The position numbers and the translations under genes were made by a program. From the NCBI RefSeq assembly GCF_963921235.1, contig NC_086097.1, positions 97,094,001 to 97,158,000 on the forward strand: 64,000 nt of DNA, in the 5' to 3' direction. Each line of letters starts with the position of its first letter. Within the stretch, counting starts at the first letter, position 1. Shown piece by piece: positions 24,091-37,740 of this stretch. The notes under the pieces were generated by a model, which was given only the letters and a program-made list of their open reading frames with translations, searched no databases and was not told where the DNA came from. The DNA is from Mobula hypostoma. Lineage: Eukaryota.

Positions 24091-26527
24091 GGTAAGGGTG
24101 CTGAGGAAGAGGATTTCTTGGAACGTATGCGGGATGGTTTTTTGAACAACATGTCGAGGAACCAACTAGAGAGCTGGTATTGAGCAATGAGGAAGGGTTA
24201 ATTAGCAATCTTGTCGTGAGAGGCCCCTTGGGTAAGAGTGACCATAATATGGTGGAATTCTTCATTAAGATGGAGAGTGACATAGTTAATTCAGAAACAA
24301 AGGTTCTGAACTTAAAGAAGGGTAACTCTGAAGGTATGAGACGTGAATTAGCTAAGATAGACTGGCAAATGATACTTAAAGGGTTGACGGTGGATATGCA
24401 ATGGCAAGCATTTAAAGATCACATGGATGAACTACAACAATTGTTCATCCCAGTTTGGCAAAAGAATAAATCAAGGAAGGTAGAGCACCCGTGGCTGACA
24501 AGGGAAATTATGGATAGTATCAATTCCAAAGAAGAAGCATACAAATTAGCCAGAGAAAGTAGCTCACCTGAGGACTGGGAGAAATTAAGAGTCCAGCAGC
24601 AGAGGACAAAGGGCTTAATTAGGAAAGGGAAAAAAGATTATGAGAGAAAACTGGCAGGGAACATAAAAACTGACTGTAAAAGCTTTTACAGATATGTGAA
24701 AAGAAAAAGACTGGTTAAGACAAATGTAGGTCCCTTACAGACAGAAACAGGTGAATTGATCATGGGGAACAAGGACATGGCAGGCCAATTGAATAACTAC
24801 TTTGGTTCTGTCTTCACTAAGGAGGACATAAATAATCTTCCGGAAATTGTAGGGGACAGAGGGTCTAGTAGGATGGAGGAACTGAGGGAAATACATGTTA
24901 GTAGGGAAGTGGTGTTAGGTAAATTGAAGGGATTAAAGGCGGGTAAATCCCCAGGGCCAGATGGTTTGCATCCTAGAGTGCTTAAGGAAGTAGCCCAAGA
25001 AATAGTGGATGCATTAGTGATAATTCTTCAAAACTCTTTAGATTCTGGATTAGTTCCTGAGGATTGGATGGTGGCTAATGTAACCCTGCTTTTTAAAAAA
25101 GGAAGGAGAGAGAAACCGGGGAATTATAGACCGGTTAGCCTAACATCGGTGGTGGGGAAACTGCTAAAGTCAGTTATCAAAGATGTGATAACAGCACATT
25201 TGGAAATTGGTGAAATCATCGGACAAAGTCAGCATGGATTTGTGAAAGGAAAATCATGTCTGACGAATCTCATAGAATTTTTTGAGGATGTAACTACTAG
25301 AATGGATAGCGGAGAACCAGTGGATCTGGTATATTTGGATTTTCAAAAGGCTTTTGACAAGGTCCCACGCAGGAGATTAGTATGCAAACTTAAAGCACAC
25401 GGTATTGGGGGTAAGGTATTGATGTGGATAGAGAATTGGTTGGCAGACAGGAAGCAAAGAGTGGGAATAAACGGGACCTTTTCAGAATGGCAGGCAGAGA
25501 CTAGTGGGGTACCGCAAGGCTCAGTGCTGGGATCCGAGTTGTTTACAATATATATTAATGACTTAGATGTGGGAATTAAATGCAGCATCTCCAAGTTTGC
25601 GGATGACACGAAGCTGGGCGGCAGTGTTAGCTGTGAGGAGGATGCTAAGAGGATGCAGAAGACTTGGATAGGTTAGGTGTGTGGGCAAATTCATGGCAGA
25701 TGTAATTTAATGTGGATAAATGTGAGGTTATCCACTTTGGTGGCAAAAATAGGAAAACAGATTATTATCTGAATGGTGGTCGATTAGGAAAAGGGGAGGT
25801 GCAACGAGACCTGGGTGTCATTATACACCAGTCATTGAAAGTGGGCATGCAGGTACAGCAGGCGGTGAAAAAGGCGAATGGTATGCTGGCATTCATAGCA
25901 AGTGGATTCGAGTACAGGAGCAGGGAGGTACTACTGCAGTTGTACAAGGCCTTGGTGAGACCACACATGGAGTATTGTGTGCAGTTTTGGTCCCCTAATC
26001 TGAGGGAAGACATTCTTTCCTTAGAGGAAGTACAAAGAAGTTTCACCAGATTGATTCCTGGGATGGCAGGACTTTCATATGGTGAAAGACTGGATCGACT
26101 AGGCTTATACTCGTTGGAATTTGGAAGATTGAGGGGGGATCTTATTGAAATGTATAAAATCCTAAAGGGATTAGACAGGCTAGATGCAGGAAGGTTGTTC
26201 CCAATGTTGGGTAAATCCAGAACGAGGGGTCACAGTTTGAGGATAAAGGGGAAGCCTTTTAGGACAGAGATTAGGAAAAACTTCTTCACACAGAGAGTTG
26301 TGAATCTGTGGAATTCTCTGCCACAGGAAACAGTTGAGGCCAGATCATTGGCTATATTTAAGAGGGAGTTAGATATGGCCCTTGTGGCTAAAGGGATCAG
26401 CGGGTATGGAGGGAAGGCAGGTACAGGGTTCTGAGTTGGATGATCAGCCATGATCATACTGAATGGTGGTGCAGGTTTGAAGGGCCGAATGGCCTACTCC
26501 TGCACCTATTTTCTATGTTTCTATGTT
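24091..26527 (+). mobile_element. CR1 LINE, 5'-truncated, young
   Basis: 498-aa and 240-aa ORF2 pieces (SDHN, PGNYRPVSLTS, GVPQGSVLG, KFADD). Tail (ttctatgt)n. Inserted inside a pLTR. Confidence 0.95.
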
Positions 26528-26690
26528 ACTACCCATTGTGCTTTCTCCTATTCCTTCTTCACCTTTCCTGCCCATCCCCTCCCCCACCCCTTTATCTTTC
26601 CCCTCACTGGTTTTTCACCTGGCACCTACCAGCCTTTTCCTTCCCACCCTCCTCCCACCTTCTTTATAGGGCCCTTGCCCCCTTCCTCTT

Positions 26691-26728
26691 CAGACCTGAT
26701 GAAGGGTCTCGGCCCGAAACGTTGACTG
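26691..26728 (+). ncRNA. Minimal hammerhead motif in the 3' pLTR
   Basis: CAGAC-CUGAUGA-AGGG-ucucgg-CCC-GAAAC-GUU-GACUG, one stem I mismatch. Confidence 0.72.
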
Positions 26729-27589
26729 TTCGTTTCCACGGATGCTGCCCGACCTGTTGATTTCCTCCAGCGTGTTGTGAGTGTTGATAGTTTCTTGATT
26801 AGTAAGGGTGTCAACAGTTATGGGACAAGGCAGGAGAATGGTGTTGAGAGACAGAATAGCCATAATGGAATGGTGGAGCAGACTTGACGGGGCAAATGGC
26901 TTAATTCTGCTCCTAAGTCCTATGGCCTTTGTGTTATCCAAGGGGAGGGTTTTAAGGATCAGTATCTGTGGCATGGTCACCCACCATGCACTGCTCAATC
27001 TTTGCAGAATGGCTGGACTGCCAGAGTCCAAAAAATAAATATATCTGTCTGAATAACAAGAGGTGCAAGTTCAGGCTGTGTCTGGACCAAGTACTATCTG
27101 GTTCACTGCCATTCTTCCACCACTGCTGTGTCTATGTCCATCACCAGAGGTTCTGCAAAAGTTCACGAAGGCTACTCTCCACCACCTTGTCAAGGGCCAC
27201 AAACAAGGGGAAAAAGAAATGCGGGTTAAATCTGGCAAATAAATTTTAAAACATACTGTACATCGGGTTCTGACCAGTTGGGATTGTTTAAAGCACAAAA
27301 CAATCCAGCAATATTTGATTCATGTTTACGTTAACAGAATTTTGAATATGAAATTGGCTTTGGCACAATATCATAATATTTTTAATAGTAGAATTTAGAC
27401 CAACAAATTTCTGGCGGCTGAAATTTTGCAGGAAAGGAGAGAGATTCCTAACCACCCGCTTCCTTCTCTACCCTCGCTCTTAAATGAAGAGTGACCCTAC
27501 CCGTGGCCAGATCCTCCCAGCAAGAAACTGCATGTACTCTCTTTTGTTTTAATTGATGTGAGCTTTGCAGGCAGAGCAAACATTTAATT

Positions 27590-28140
27590 GTCCATTCCTA
27601 ACTGCGTTTGAGAAATTGGCACTGAACTAACCAGGTTGTGGTTATGCACACAGTCTCACAATCTACTGAGGGAGTATCAGGATATTGACCCAGTGACTGT
27701 GAAGGAATAATGATATATTTAAAAGTCAGGATGCAGTGTGGGCTGGAGGACAACTTCATGCTTTTGCTGTCCTTGTCCTTCTTGCTGGTAGCGGTCGTGG
27801 GTTTGCAAAAGGCTGAGGAGTCTTGGAGAATTACTGCAGTGCATCCTGCAGACGGTACAGACTGCAGTCGCTGCTGTGCATTGGATGTGGACTGGGTGAA
27901 TAGTTGTGGACGGGTACTTTCAAAATGGGCTGCTTTATTCTGCATGGTGTGAATGATGTTGAAGATCATCCAGGCAAGTGAAGAGTCTCCTGACACAAAC
28001 CTTGTAGGTAGTGGACAGGCTTTGGGGAATGTGGAGCTGAGTTACTAAGCAGAAGATCCCCAACTTCCAACTTGCGTCTGTGGCCACTTGGCGTATATAG
28101 TTCCTTCAGTTCCATCTCTTATCAAGTGTAAACCCAAGGA
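27590..28140 (-). mobile_element. Old L2/CR1-like fragment
   Basis: Degenerate 3' LINE peptide (AWMI...TMQNKAA). Confidence 0.4.
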
Positions 28141-28144
28141 TATT

Positions 28145-31100
28145 AAGTGGTGAGGGATTCAAATTCTCCGGTTTGCTTCCAGTTCCTTGTGCTGGTGTGG
28201 GCAGGAACAGGGAAATAGCGGATCTGAATGTGTGGCTGAGGAGCTGGTGCGGGGAGCAGGGATTCAGAGTCTTGGACCACTGGGATCTGTTTTGGGGTAA
28301 GGATAAATTGTACAGAAGGGACGGGTTGCACCTTAACAGACGGGGGACCAGCGTTCTGGCAGGCAGGTTTGCCACTGCTACACGGGTGTGTTTAAACTAA
28401 GTAGTGGGGGGCGGGGGTGGGGAGGGGACGAACTGGAAATATAAGAATGGAGTTAAAGGGAAAGAGAGAATAAGAAAAATTAAGAGACAACATAATTAAA
28501 GGGGCAGAGAGCTCAGGAAGGGATCGGAGAATATGGCAAAGTGCAATAGGAATCGATGTGAAAGGTGAGGGGAGTAAAAGTATTACTTTAGAAGGATTAG
28601 AAGTATTATATATGAATGCACGGAGTATAAGAAATAAAGTGGATGAGCTTGAGGCTCAGTTGGAAATTGGCAATTATGATGTTTTGGGAATAACAGAGAC
28701 ATGGCTGCAAGAGGACCAGGGCTGGGAAATGAATATTCAGGGTTATACATCCTCTTGAAAGGACAGACAGGTTGGCAGAGGGGGTGGGGTGGTTCTGTTG
28801 GTGAGGAATGAAATTCAGTCACTTGCGAGGGGGGGGACATAGAATCAGGAGATGTAGAGTCAGTATGGATAGAACTGAGAAACTGTAAGGGCAAAAAGAC
28901 CTTGATGGGAGCTATCTACAGGCCCCCAAACAGTAGCGTGGATATAGGCTGCAAGTTAAATCAAGAGTTAAAATTGGCCTGTCGCAAAGGTAATTCTACA
29001 GTTGTTATGGGGGATTTTAACATGCAGGTAGACTGGGAAAATCAGGTTGGTACTGGACCCCAAGAAAGGGAGTTTGTGGAATGCCTCAGAGATGTATTCT
29101 TAGAGCAGCTTGTATTAGAGCCTACCAGGGAGAAGGCAATTCTGGATTTACTGTTGTGTAATGAGCCAGATTTGATAAGGGAACTCGAGGTAAAGGAGCC
29201 ATTAGGAGGTAGTGACCATAATATGATAAGTTTTAATCTACAATTTGAGAGGGAGAAGGGAAGATCGGAAGTGTCAGTATTACAGTTGAACAAAGGGGAC
29301 AATGGACCCATGAGGGAGGAGCTGGCCAAAGTTGGCTGGAAAGATACCCTAGCAGGGATGACAGTGGAACAACAATGGCAGGTATTTCTGGGAATAATAC
29401 AGAAGGTGCAGGATCAGTTCATTCCAAAGAGGAAGAAAGATCCTAAGGGGAGTAAGGGGCGACCGTGGATGATAAGGGAAGTCAAGGACAGTATAAAAAT
29501 AGTCATACTCATAGTCATACTTTATTGATCCCGGGGAAAATTGGTTTTCATTACAGTTGCACCGTAAATAATAAATAGTAATAGAACCATAAATAGCTAA
29601 ATAGTAATATGTAAATTATGCAAGTAAATTATGAAATTACGGAGCAACTGTAACAGGCTGCATGCACGACCGGGGCATGCACACAATGAGGAAGTATAAC
29701 ATAGCAAGGATGAACGGGATGCCAGAGGATTGGGAGACTTTTAAGGAGCAACAGAAGTTAACTAAAAAGGCAATACGGGGGGAAAAGATGAGGTACGAAG
29801 GTAAGCTAGCCAAGAATATAAAGGAGGATAGTAAAAGCTTCTTTAGGTATGTGAAAAGGAAGAAATTAGTTAAAAGTTGGGCCCTTGAAGATAGAAACGG
29901 GTGAAATTATTATGGGGAACAAGGAAATGGCAGATGAGCTGAACAGGTACTTTGGATCTGTCTTCACTAGGAAAGACACAGACAATCTCCCAGATGTAAT
30001 AGTGGCCAGAGGACCTAGGGTAACAGAGGAACTGAAGGAAATTCGCATCAGGCACGAAATGGTGTTGGGTAAACTGATGGGACTGAAGGTTGATAAAACC
30101 CCAGGGCCTGATGGTCTGCACCCCAGGGTACTTAAGGAGGTGGCTCTAGAAATCGTGGACGCATTGATAATCACTTTCCAGTGTTCTATAGATTCAGGAT
30201 CAGTTCCTGCGGATTGGAGGGTAGCTAATGTTATCCCACCTTTTAAGAAAAGAGGGAGAGAGAAAACAGGCAATTATAGAACAGTTAGTCTGACATCAGT
30301 GGTGGGGAAGATGCTGGAATCAATTATAAAAGATGAAATAGCGGCCTATTTGGATAGCAGTAGCAGGACAGGTCCGGGTCACCATGGACTTACGAAGGGG
30401 AAATCATGCTTGACTAATCTTCTGGAATTTTTTGAGAATGTAACTATGTAAATGTACATGGGAATGCCAGTGGATGTAGTGAACCGGGACTTTCAGAAAG
30501 CCTTTGATAAGGTCCCACATAGAAGGTTAGTGTGCAAAATTAGAGCAAATGGTATTGGGGGTAGGGTACTGACATGGATAGAAAATTGGTTGGCGGACAG
30601 GAAACAAAGAGTAGGGATTAACGGGTCCTTTTCGGAATGGCAGGCAGTGATTAGTGGGGTACCACAAGGCTCGGTGTTGGGACCGCAGCTATTTACAATA
30701 TACATTAATGATTTAGATGAAGGGATTCAAAGTAACATTAGCAAATTTGCAGATGACACAAAGCTGGGTGGCAGTGTGAAATGTGAGGAAGATGTTATGA
30801 GAATGCAGGGTGACTTGGACAGGTTGGGTGAGTGGGCAGATGCATGGAAGATGCTGTTTAATGTGGATGAATGTGAGGTTATCCACTTTGGTGGCAAGAA
30901 CAGGAAGGCAGATTACTATCTGAATGGTGTAAAGTTAGGAAAAGGGGATGTACAACGAGATCTAGTTGTCCTTGTTCATCAGTCACTGAAATAAGCATGC
31001 AGGTACAGCAGGCAGTGAAGAAAGTTAATGGCATGTTGGCCTTCATAACCAGGGGAGTTGAGTATAGGAGCAAAGAGGTCCTTCTGCAGTGGTACAGGGC

Positions 31101-31638
31101 TCTGGTGCGACCACACCTGGAGTATTGTGTGCAGTTTTGGTCTCCAAATTTGAGGAAGGACATTCTAGCTATTGAGGGAGTGCAGCGTAGGTTCACGAGG
31201 TTAATTCCCGGGATGACGGGACTGTCATATGTTGAGAGATTGGAGCGACTGGGCTTGTATACACTGGAATTTAATGGATGAGAGGGGATCTGATTGAAAC
31301 ATATAAGATTATTACGGGATTGGACACGCTAGAGGCAGGAAACATGTTCCCGATGTTGGGGGAGTCCAGAACCAGAGGCCACAGTTTAAGAATAAGGGGT
31401 AGACCATTCAGAACGGAGTGGAATGCTCTGCCTCAGAAGGCAGTGGAGGCCAATTTTCTGGATTCTTTCAAGAAAGAGTTAGATAGAGCTCTTAAAGATA
31501 GCAGAGTCAACGGATATGGGGAGACGGCAGGAAAAGGATACTGATTGTGGATGATCAGCCATGATCACAATGAATGGCGGTGCTGGCTCGAAGGACTGAA
31601 TGGCCTACTCCTGGCACCTATTGTCTATTGCCTATTTT
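28145..31638 (+). mobile_element. CR1 LINE: end of ORF1 esterase + disrupted ORF2
   Basis: SGNH-type DGLHLN in ORF1, APE motifs YMNARS, ITETWL, GDFN, SDHN, RT KFADD, tail (tattgtc)n. Several stops and frameshifts. Confidence 0.93.
29500..29690 (-). mobile_element. Short 3'-end copy of the Rex/Babar-like LINE inserted in CR1
   Basis: Near-identical to 56551-56680 (agtcatactttattgatcccgggg...). Confidence 0.85.
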
Positions 31639-32390
31639 TTATTCACAATGCCATTACATATAGGAGAGGCATGTTGGATTACCTCTTGCTGAATACTGTC
31701 ATTGTCTGACATTTGTCGAGTGTTACTTGCCACCTACTGGCCCAGACCTCAGAATTGTCTGGATTTTGGGTGTGTACTGCTTCGTTATCTAGCGGCTGCG
31801 AAAGATGCTGAACATCAGCCAACACATTTCCTTCTGACCTTGCGAGTGAAGGAAAGTCATTGTGAAGTGTTGTAAAGAAAAGTGAATTTTTCATGCGAAT
31901 TGTTCAAATATCGTCGTTCTTGTTAACAAGAAAACAAAATTGGTAAAAATCGAACCACTACACTGAACTGGGAACATAATGGGAGAACCAGAACGGATTG
32001 ACCACTGACAGAGTAAACAATCGGTCTTCCCTGTAGGAACCTGCTTTACCAGGACAAGCAGCGCTGAAATATTACTTCTACATAACACAATAATGGAAAT
32101 TCTCAAATTGATCGATAAGAGTTGGTGTTACTCAGAGTAGTATTAAGATGTGTAGCACCATCATCAGTTTCCTGGCCACTTTATTGCTGCCAGACCACAG
32201 TGACCCCAAGTAACAGCTCCAGTTCTTACCCTGTGTTTTAAATCCAATCACTACACAGTCTAATCGAACAGTTGACCAAGTCACGGGCGAGCATCAACCC
32301 CTTCCGTCAATCAATGGGGGGAAACAGAGGATAGTCCCATAAACAATAATCTGAAGAAAGTCTTTCAGAGAATATAAATTATGCTGGTTG

Positions 32391-33226
32391 TGTTACGTAC
32401 CCCGTAACTGGGTTGCCAAACCAGCAGAAATTGAACGCTGGTTGGAATCTGGATTACTAGGATCTAATAAAGTTTTATTAAAGAAATAAGTAACACAGTA
32501 CTCTAATCGTAAGGATATAAATGCATTGGGTTAGCAATGATAAAACACACATGTACACAGAACTAGGGTAATAGGAATCATCCAAGCTCTATCGCAGTCT
32601 AGGGGTAAAATGATCAGTCTTAAGTGACGCAGAGTTCAGTTCAGCTTAGTACAGTTCGCAGTAATCGCTGTTGTGCCGTTGGAGAGAGAGAGAGAGAGAT
32701 GCAAATTTGATTGAAGCAGACCTTTAAAGTTCTTCGCAGTTGGTTTTGGGCGGACCCTTTTATGTCTTCTATCCCGCTGTAGTCACCGACTGTGACCCCT
32801 CCGTTCCGGATACAACCGTTCTTCCGCGGTGAACCTGGCACCCAGGCAAGGGCGGACACACACACCAGGTTCCCACCGATCGTATCTTTTCACCCTGTGA
32901 GTCTATGGTCAGTTCCCGCGAACTGGACCTCCAAACACCAACCAACTTGTGGGGGCACACCGCTCTTCCAGGGTCTCGTTATCTCGTGATCTCGTGGTGT
33001 GTCACGTGCCTAGCGAACCTGTTCTTTTTATCCCCCTGCTGGGGTATCGCCTGTCCATCAAACTTCAAACAGTTTAGGTTCAAAGCAACCGGTCTGTCAA
33101 TATTCTGAATTGTGTTTCTTTTCCGTTATCTCTCTCCTCTCTCATTAACATTTTGAACGTTTCTCCATTGTCTCTTTTATCTCTCTCATTAGCATCAATC
33201 GTCTGATAACTTGGTTTGTCGTCACA
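32391..33226 (-). mobile_element. Probable solo LTR just downstream of the EEF1AKMT3-like stop codon
   Basis: TGTTACG...CGTCACA termini, CpG-rich, AATAAA motifs near the left end. No matching TSD visible. Orientation inferred. Confidence 0.65.
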
Positions 33227-33268
33227 AAAGCAAGAAGCTGGAAGAAGATGAAATAGAGGTTCTCTTAC

Positions 33269-33681
33269 TTAATTAAAGCACCCAACTCCGGGGTCTGTGC
33301 TAATTTTGGACATTTTATACACAATGATATTTTTATCATCTATCCTGTCAACCACCTGGCAATTAAAATATTGAGGCAGAAGCTGCTTGTGAAAAGAGGA
33401 CGAGCCATTCCTCTTCCGCAATTCGGAAGAGAGGTAAATTGTGGCTCTGTGGCTGGCGAGGTGTCGCAATGTGTCCATGAGTGCCGGGTAGCTCACTGAG
33501 CTGTAAACAATATCGGAACCCAGGATGAAGTCATAGTCGGAGGGAAAGCTCGTGTGGTCTTCACCCCAGGTCAGAGCACGGACCTTTACACGGTGCCTGC
33601 AGGCAGAGGGGATGTTGATGGAGACATTGTTTTCTATTTGCTTCAGGATGCTTGGCTTATCGGTCACAGTCACCTCTCCAC
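33269..33681 (-). CDS. EEF1AKMT3: EEF1A lysine methyltransferase 3-like, exon 3 to stop codon
   Basis: Pyrimidine tract + tcag|GT. Translates GGEVTVTD...VRALTWGEDHTSFPSDYDFILGSDIVY (DxxY motif)...LLPQYF. The three exons total 693 nt = 230 aa + stop. Confidence 0.92.
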
Positions 33682-34220
33682 CTGACCAAGAGAGAAAAAA
33701 AGATCCATTTCTATTCGCCCTTAATTATCGTGATCACAGAAAGAACAGTGTAAGAAATCTGGGTAGAGTTCAATCTTATTTCGGGAGACAGTAGCATTGC
33801 TTATTGTTTTAAAACTAGCACAGCACAAAGGCCAAATAGCTTGGGAATCTAATAGTCTTTCCTACAATCAAAGTCCGCTCAGTACATCATTTGCAATAAA
33901 TGGTCATATAATTATTAAGACAAAAATTGGTCAGGTAAACTAGGTTGGTGTGGTATGAATTTTAACTCGGGCAGGACACCTGTAGAACTGAACTTGGACA
34001 GGGACTCTCGATTTTGTTATACAGGAGAAGAGAGGTCAATCCGTGCGAAAGCGACATACCTTCAGACTACATTTATTATTTTCTGACTAAACTAAACGGG
34101 TTTAACAGTGTCCTAGACAATAACACCCTTTTCTCCCTATCCATCACCCCCGTCATTATTTTCCAGATTCCATGTTAATATCAGAAAAGACTGGATTTCA
34201 GTTCATTACCCCGCCTTTCA

Positions 34221-34337
<117 letters not shown>

Positions 34338-35929
34338 CTAAAATAATGGAACACGGAATAGGCTCATGAAGAGAGTGATGCAAGTCCAGCCTTTACCGTC
34401 AATACAGGGCAGGGCACGTTAACAAATTATCTGTACAGATACACATGACTCGACAGCGCACTGTTGCCGTCGAGCAATCTAAAGAAAGCAGCACTAGGCC
34501 CGATTGATTGCGGTTTCGTCTGCAGAGGAAACTGACGCGCTAAAGGGATTTAACCGCCTCCACAGTGTGTCCCCCCCCCCCCCGCAAAACCAGTAATAAT
34601 CTGTAGTCTCATCAGTTTACGTGTCCGTATAAGAAAAGGTCCCCCGGTAACTAATGCGTTTCGTTTATATAGACGTCCGTAAGTCGATTTGTCGTAAGTC
34701 AGAAAATGCACAAAAATCACTCGACGCGGTAACTACACCTCCACAGTACAGCAATGAATTGTATCAAAACACATGTCAGACAAGAAAAACGTTACTGCTA
34801 AATGTGAAGAGAGGAGGTGTCTAGTTTTGCCATCTGCAGAAAAGAACGTCCATCTTCTGAATTTAACAACGTGCGGGGACTCCCTGTTTGCAGACGTGTC
34901 CTTAGTGGGGGCTTTCGTCACCGGAGCCGACGAAGAATCTACTGGAGCAACCTAATGGATCGAGCAGCAAATGTGTGAGGAAAGGACTTGTAGGATTTCC
35001 CCCGCAATGTCGACAGTTCTTTTCCTCCCACCGATGCTTTTCCATCCGCTGAGTTCCCTTGGCAGATTGTTTGTCACTCCCGATTACAGCTTCTGTAGTC
35101 TCTCGTGTTTTCGTTTTTAACCCTTTGGGCGGTCTATCAGTCCATAGCACGGCTGCAACAATGGTTTCCGTATAACTGTAGCGCTGGTTGCGGCACCAAT
35201 CTTAAATTTTAAAAAAAATCTATAAACTCCCTGTTTTGGTGTAGCGGTTCCGGTAACAATAGTAAAACAAAGGACTGGCTTTCTTTCGCCCACTCTCCGC
35301 AAAAGATGGGCGCACAGAGGAATCGAGATCACCGCCTGCACGTTGTACGCATTTAACAACAAGCCAGGGCGAAGGGGTTGTGACTGTGGTCAGCATCGAC
35401 ATCTGATGAGAGGGAGAGATTTGGAGCCTCAGATGATAAAGCAATGAGTTGGCAATCCCCATTTAACCATCCACATCGAGTTCCCACCTGACCTAAACAC
35501 AAGAACTGGGGCCTCCAAAAAATAAGATCAACTATGTTGTTTTAAGCATGTTGCTACAGCTGGGCATAGAACAGACACGCCGGAATGGTGATATATCCTT
35601 TTTTATTGAAGTGATGGGGCAAAATCCCGACCAGCAGCACATTACAGAGACAAAGTACACGGAGCGTTCTCACTCTCCAGTACATAAAAAGCAGCAAATT
35701 CTGGCGATACCCCGGATATCAGAAAACATCTGCGGAGAGAGAAACAGATTTAACATACTTGATACCTCAGGCCTCATTTTCCTGAGATGGGTTTTTGACA
35801 CGGTCCAGTGTTTGTTCTTTCACAAATGCTGCCCGATTTGCCAAATGTTTCCTGCACTTTCTCATTTTATTTAGGTGATCAGTATCTGCTTTTTTTCCGC
35901 TATTTACCACCCCCCCCCGTAGCAAATAC

Positions 35930-36310
35930 AGCGCTGCGCATGCGTAACACGGTCTTTGCCTCGCTGTAGTTAATCAGTTAACTTACAGCTTCCCAAACAT
36001 AGGCCGAAAAGCCCAGGTTAGCATTGATGAAACGAGAGATCTTTAAATTGTATCCGCAGAACTCGTATTTGTTCTCAAAAATGATTGTGGAATCTCTATC
36101 CCCCTCCTTCGAGGCGCCGTCGTTGGAGGCCTCCAACCGTCGGATTGCTGCCATCTTTACACTCCCCCAAATTTCAGTCGATGGTCTTCAAGGAGACGCG
36201 GTGGGATTCGCTCCCGACGGGGAATTAACACAAGCGATTTGCTGAAAATGGTGAACTAACGTTTATATAGCGCCCTTCTAGTCGGAAAGTTTTTTCACGG
36301 CCAATGATAC
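35930..36310 (-). promoter_or_regulatory. CpG-rich putative promoter of the EEF1AKMT3-like gene
   Basis: Local CpG enrichment. TATATAAA on the minus strand at ~36262-36269, YY1-like AAGATGGC across the ATG, NRF1-type palindrome TGCGCATGCG at 35935-35944. Motif inspection only. Confidence 0.45.
35987..36154 (-). CDS. EEF1AKMT3: EEF1A lysine methyltransferase 3-like (METTL21B), exon 1
   Basis: AAGATGG start. Translates MAAIRRLEAS...YEFCGYNLKISRFINANLGFSAYVWEA (168 nt). Donor GCT|gtaagt. Confidence 0.88.
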
Positions 36311-36534
36311 ATAGTCGACCTAGTAATTTAGGCACATTGGGCTGACAGCTTTGCGGAATACAGATATTGCAAGGTTATCATGCTTTAGTGGCGTGGGGCC
36401 AGGGAAGAAAGTTATATTATGTTCGAGAATATTTTGTTTTTGCAAAAAGTAGCTCTAGTCTCACATCCAAGTGGATCGTGGTCATAATTTAAGCACGTTA
36501 AAATATTACAAACTGCAATGTCATAATTTAAGGT

Positions 36535-37740
36535 AAATAAAGGTGGATAAATCCCCACGGCCTGACAAGACATTCTCTCGGTCTTTGTCGGAGGCTGGCG
36601 CAGAGGTTTCCAGGACCCTGGCAGAGATATTTAAAACGTCCTTAGCCACGGGTGCGGTGCTAGATGACTGGAAGATAGCTGATGTTGTTCTCTTGTTTAA
36701 GAAAGGCTTTAAAAATAAACCAGGTAATTATAGATGAGAAAATCTGCAGATGCTGGAAATCCGACAAACACACACAAAATGCTGGAGGAACTCAGCAGGC
36801 CAGGCAGCATCGAGGAAAAGAGTACAGTCGACCTTTAGGGCTGGAACCCTTCCTAGATGCTGTCTGGCCTGCTGAGTTCCTCCAGCATTTTGTGTATATT
36901 TTCAGGAAATTATAAGCCCGTGAGCCTGACAAAAGTAGTGGAAAAGTTATTGTGAAGTTTTCTAAGGGACCGGATATATGAGTGTTTGGATAGAAAGGGA
37001 CTGATTAGGGAGGCGAGGAGGGTGGTAGAACAGAGGGATCCGGAAATCCATATCCATAATTCCTTAATAGTGGCGACACGGGTAGATAGGATCTTAAGGC
37101 GAGCATTTGACACACAGGGCTTCATAAATTAAGACATTGAGTACAGGAGTTGGGATGTTATTTTGCAGTTCTGAAAGATGTTGCTGAGGCCTAATCTGAA
37201 GTGTTGGGTGCAGTTCTGGTCACATACAGTACCAAAAGGAAAGACAGCAATGGGTTTGAAAGAGTGAAGAGAAAATTTACATAGTTGTTACCGGAACTTG
37301 AGGACCTGAGTTATAGGGGAAAATAAACAGGTTCAGACTGTATTCCTTAGGGGGTAGGAGAGTGAAGGGCGATTTGATAGAGGTATACAAAATTATGAGG
37401 TGTATAGATAGGGTAAATGCAGGCAGGCTTTTTTACACTGAGTGGGGTAAGAATGCAACTAGAGGCCATGGGTTAAGGATGAAAGTTGAAATGTTTAAGG
37501 GGAACACAAGGGGGAAATGGACTTCAGAGAGTGGAACAAGTTGTCAGTGGAAGTGGAGGATCCGTGTTTAATTTCAACATTTAAGTGCAAAATTGGTTGG
37601 TACATGGATGGGAGACGTATAGAGGAATATAGTCTGGCTACAGGTCGATGGGACTAGGCAGATTAATAGTTCGGCACAGACTAGATGGGCCAAAGGGCCT
37701 GTTTCTGTGCTGTAGTGTTCATTGACTCTTTGACTGTGTG
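36535..37740 (+). mobile_element. Degraded CR1 with an embedded pLTR-derived short repeat (~36735-36897)
   Basis: Peptides DKSPRPD...KPGNYR and GDLIEVYKIM. ggtaattata/ggaaattata flank the insert. Confidence 0.8.

Larger units (their letters stand above)
17335..26785 (+). mobile_element. Apparently full-length Neptune-type Penelope-like element with inverted 5' arm, interrupted by a solo LTR and a CR1
   Basis: Inverted arm 17335-~19317, pLTR ~19318-19600, frameshifted ORF 19603-~24000 (N-terminal domain, RT YIDD, GIY-YIG), 3' pLTR 24000-24090 resuming at 26528-26785. Confidence 0.9.

Noticed and set aside
34635..34745. Possible Tigger-like DNA transposon end
   Set aside because: Only a vague resemblance, with no second TIR or TA duplication identified.
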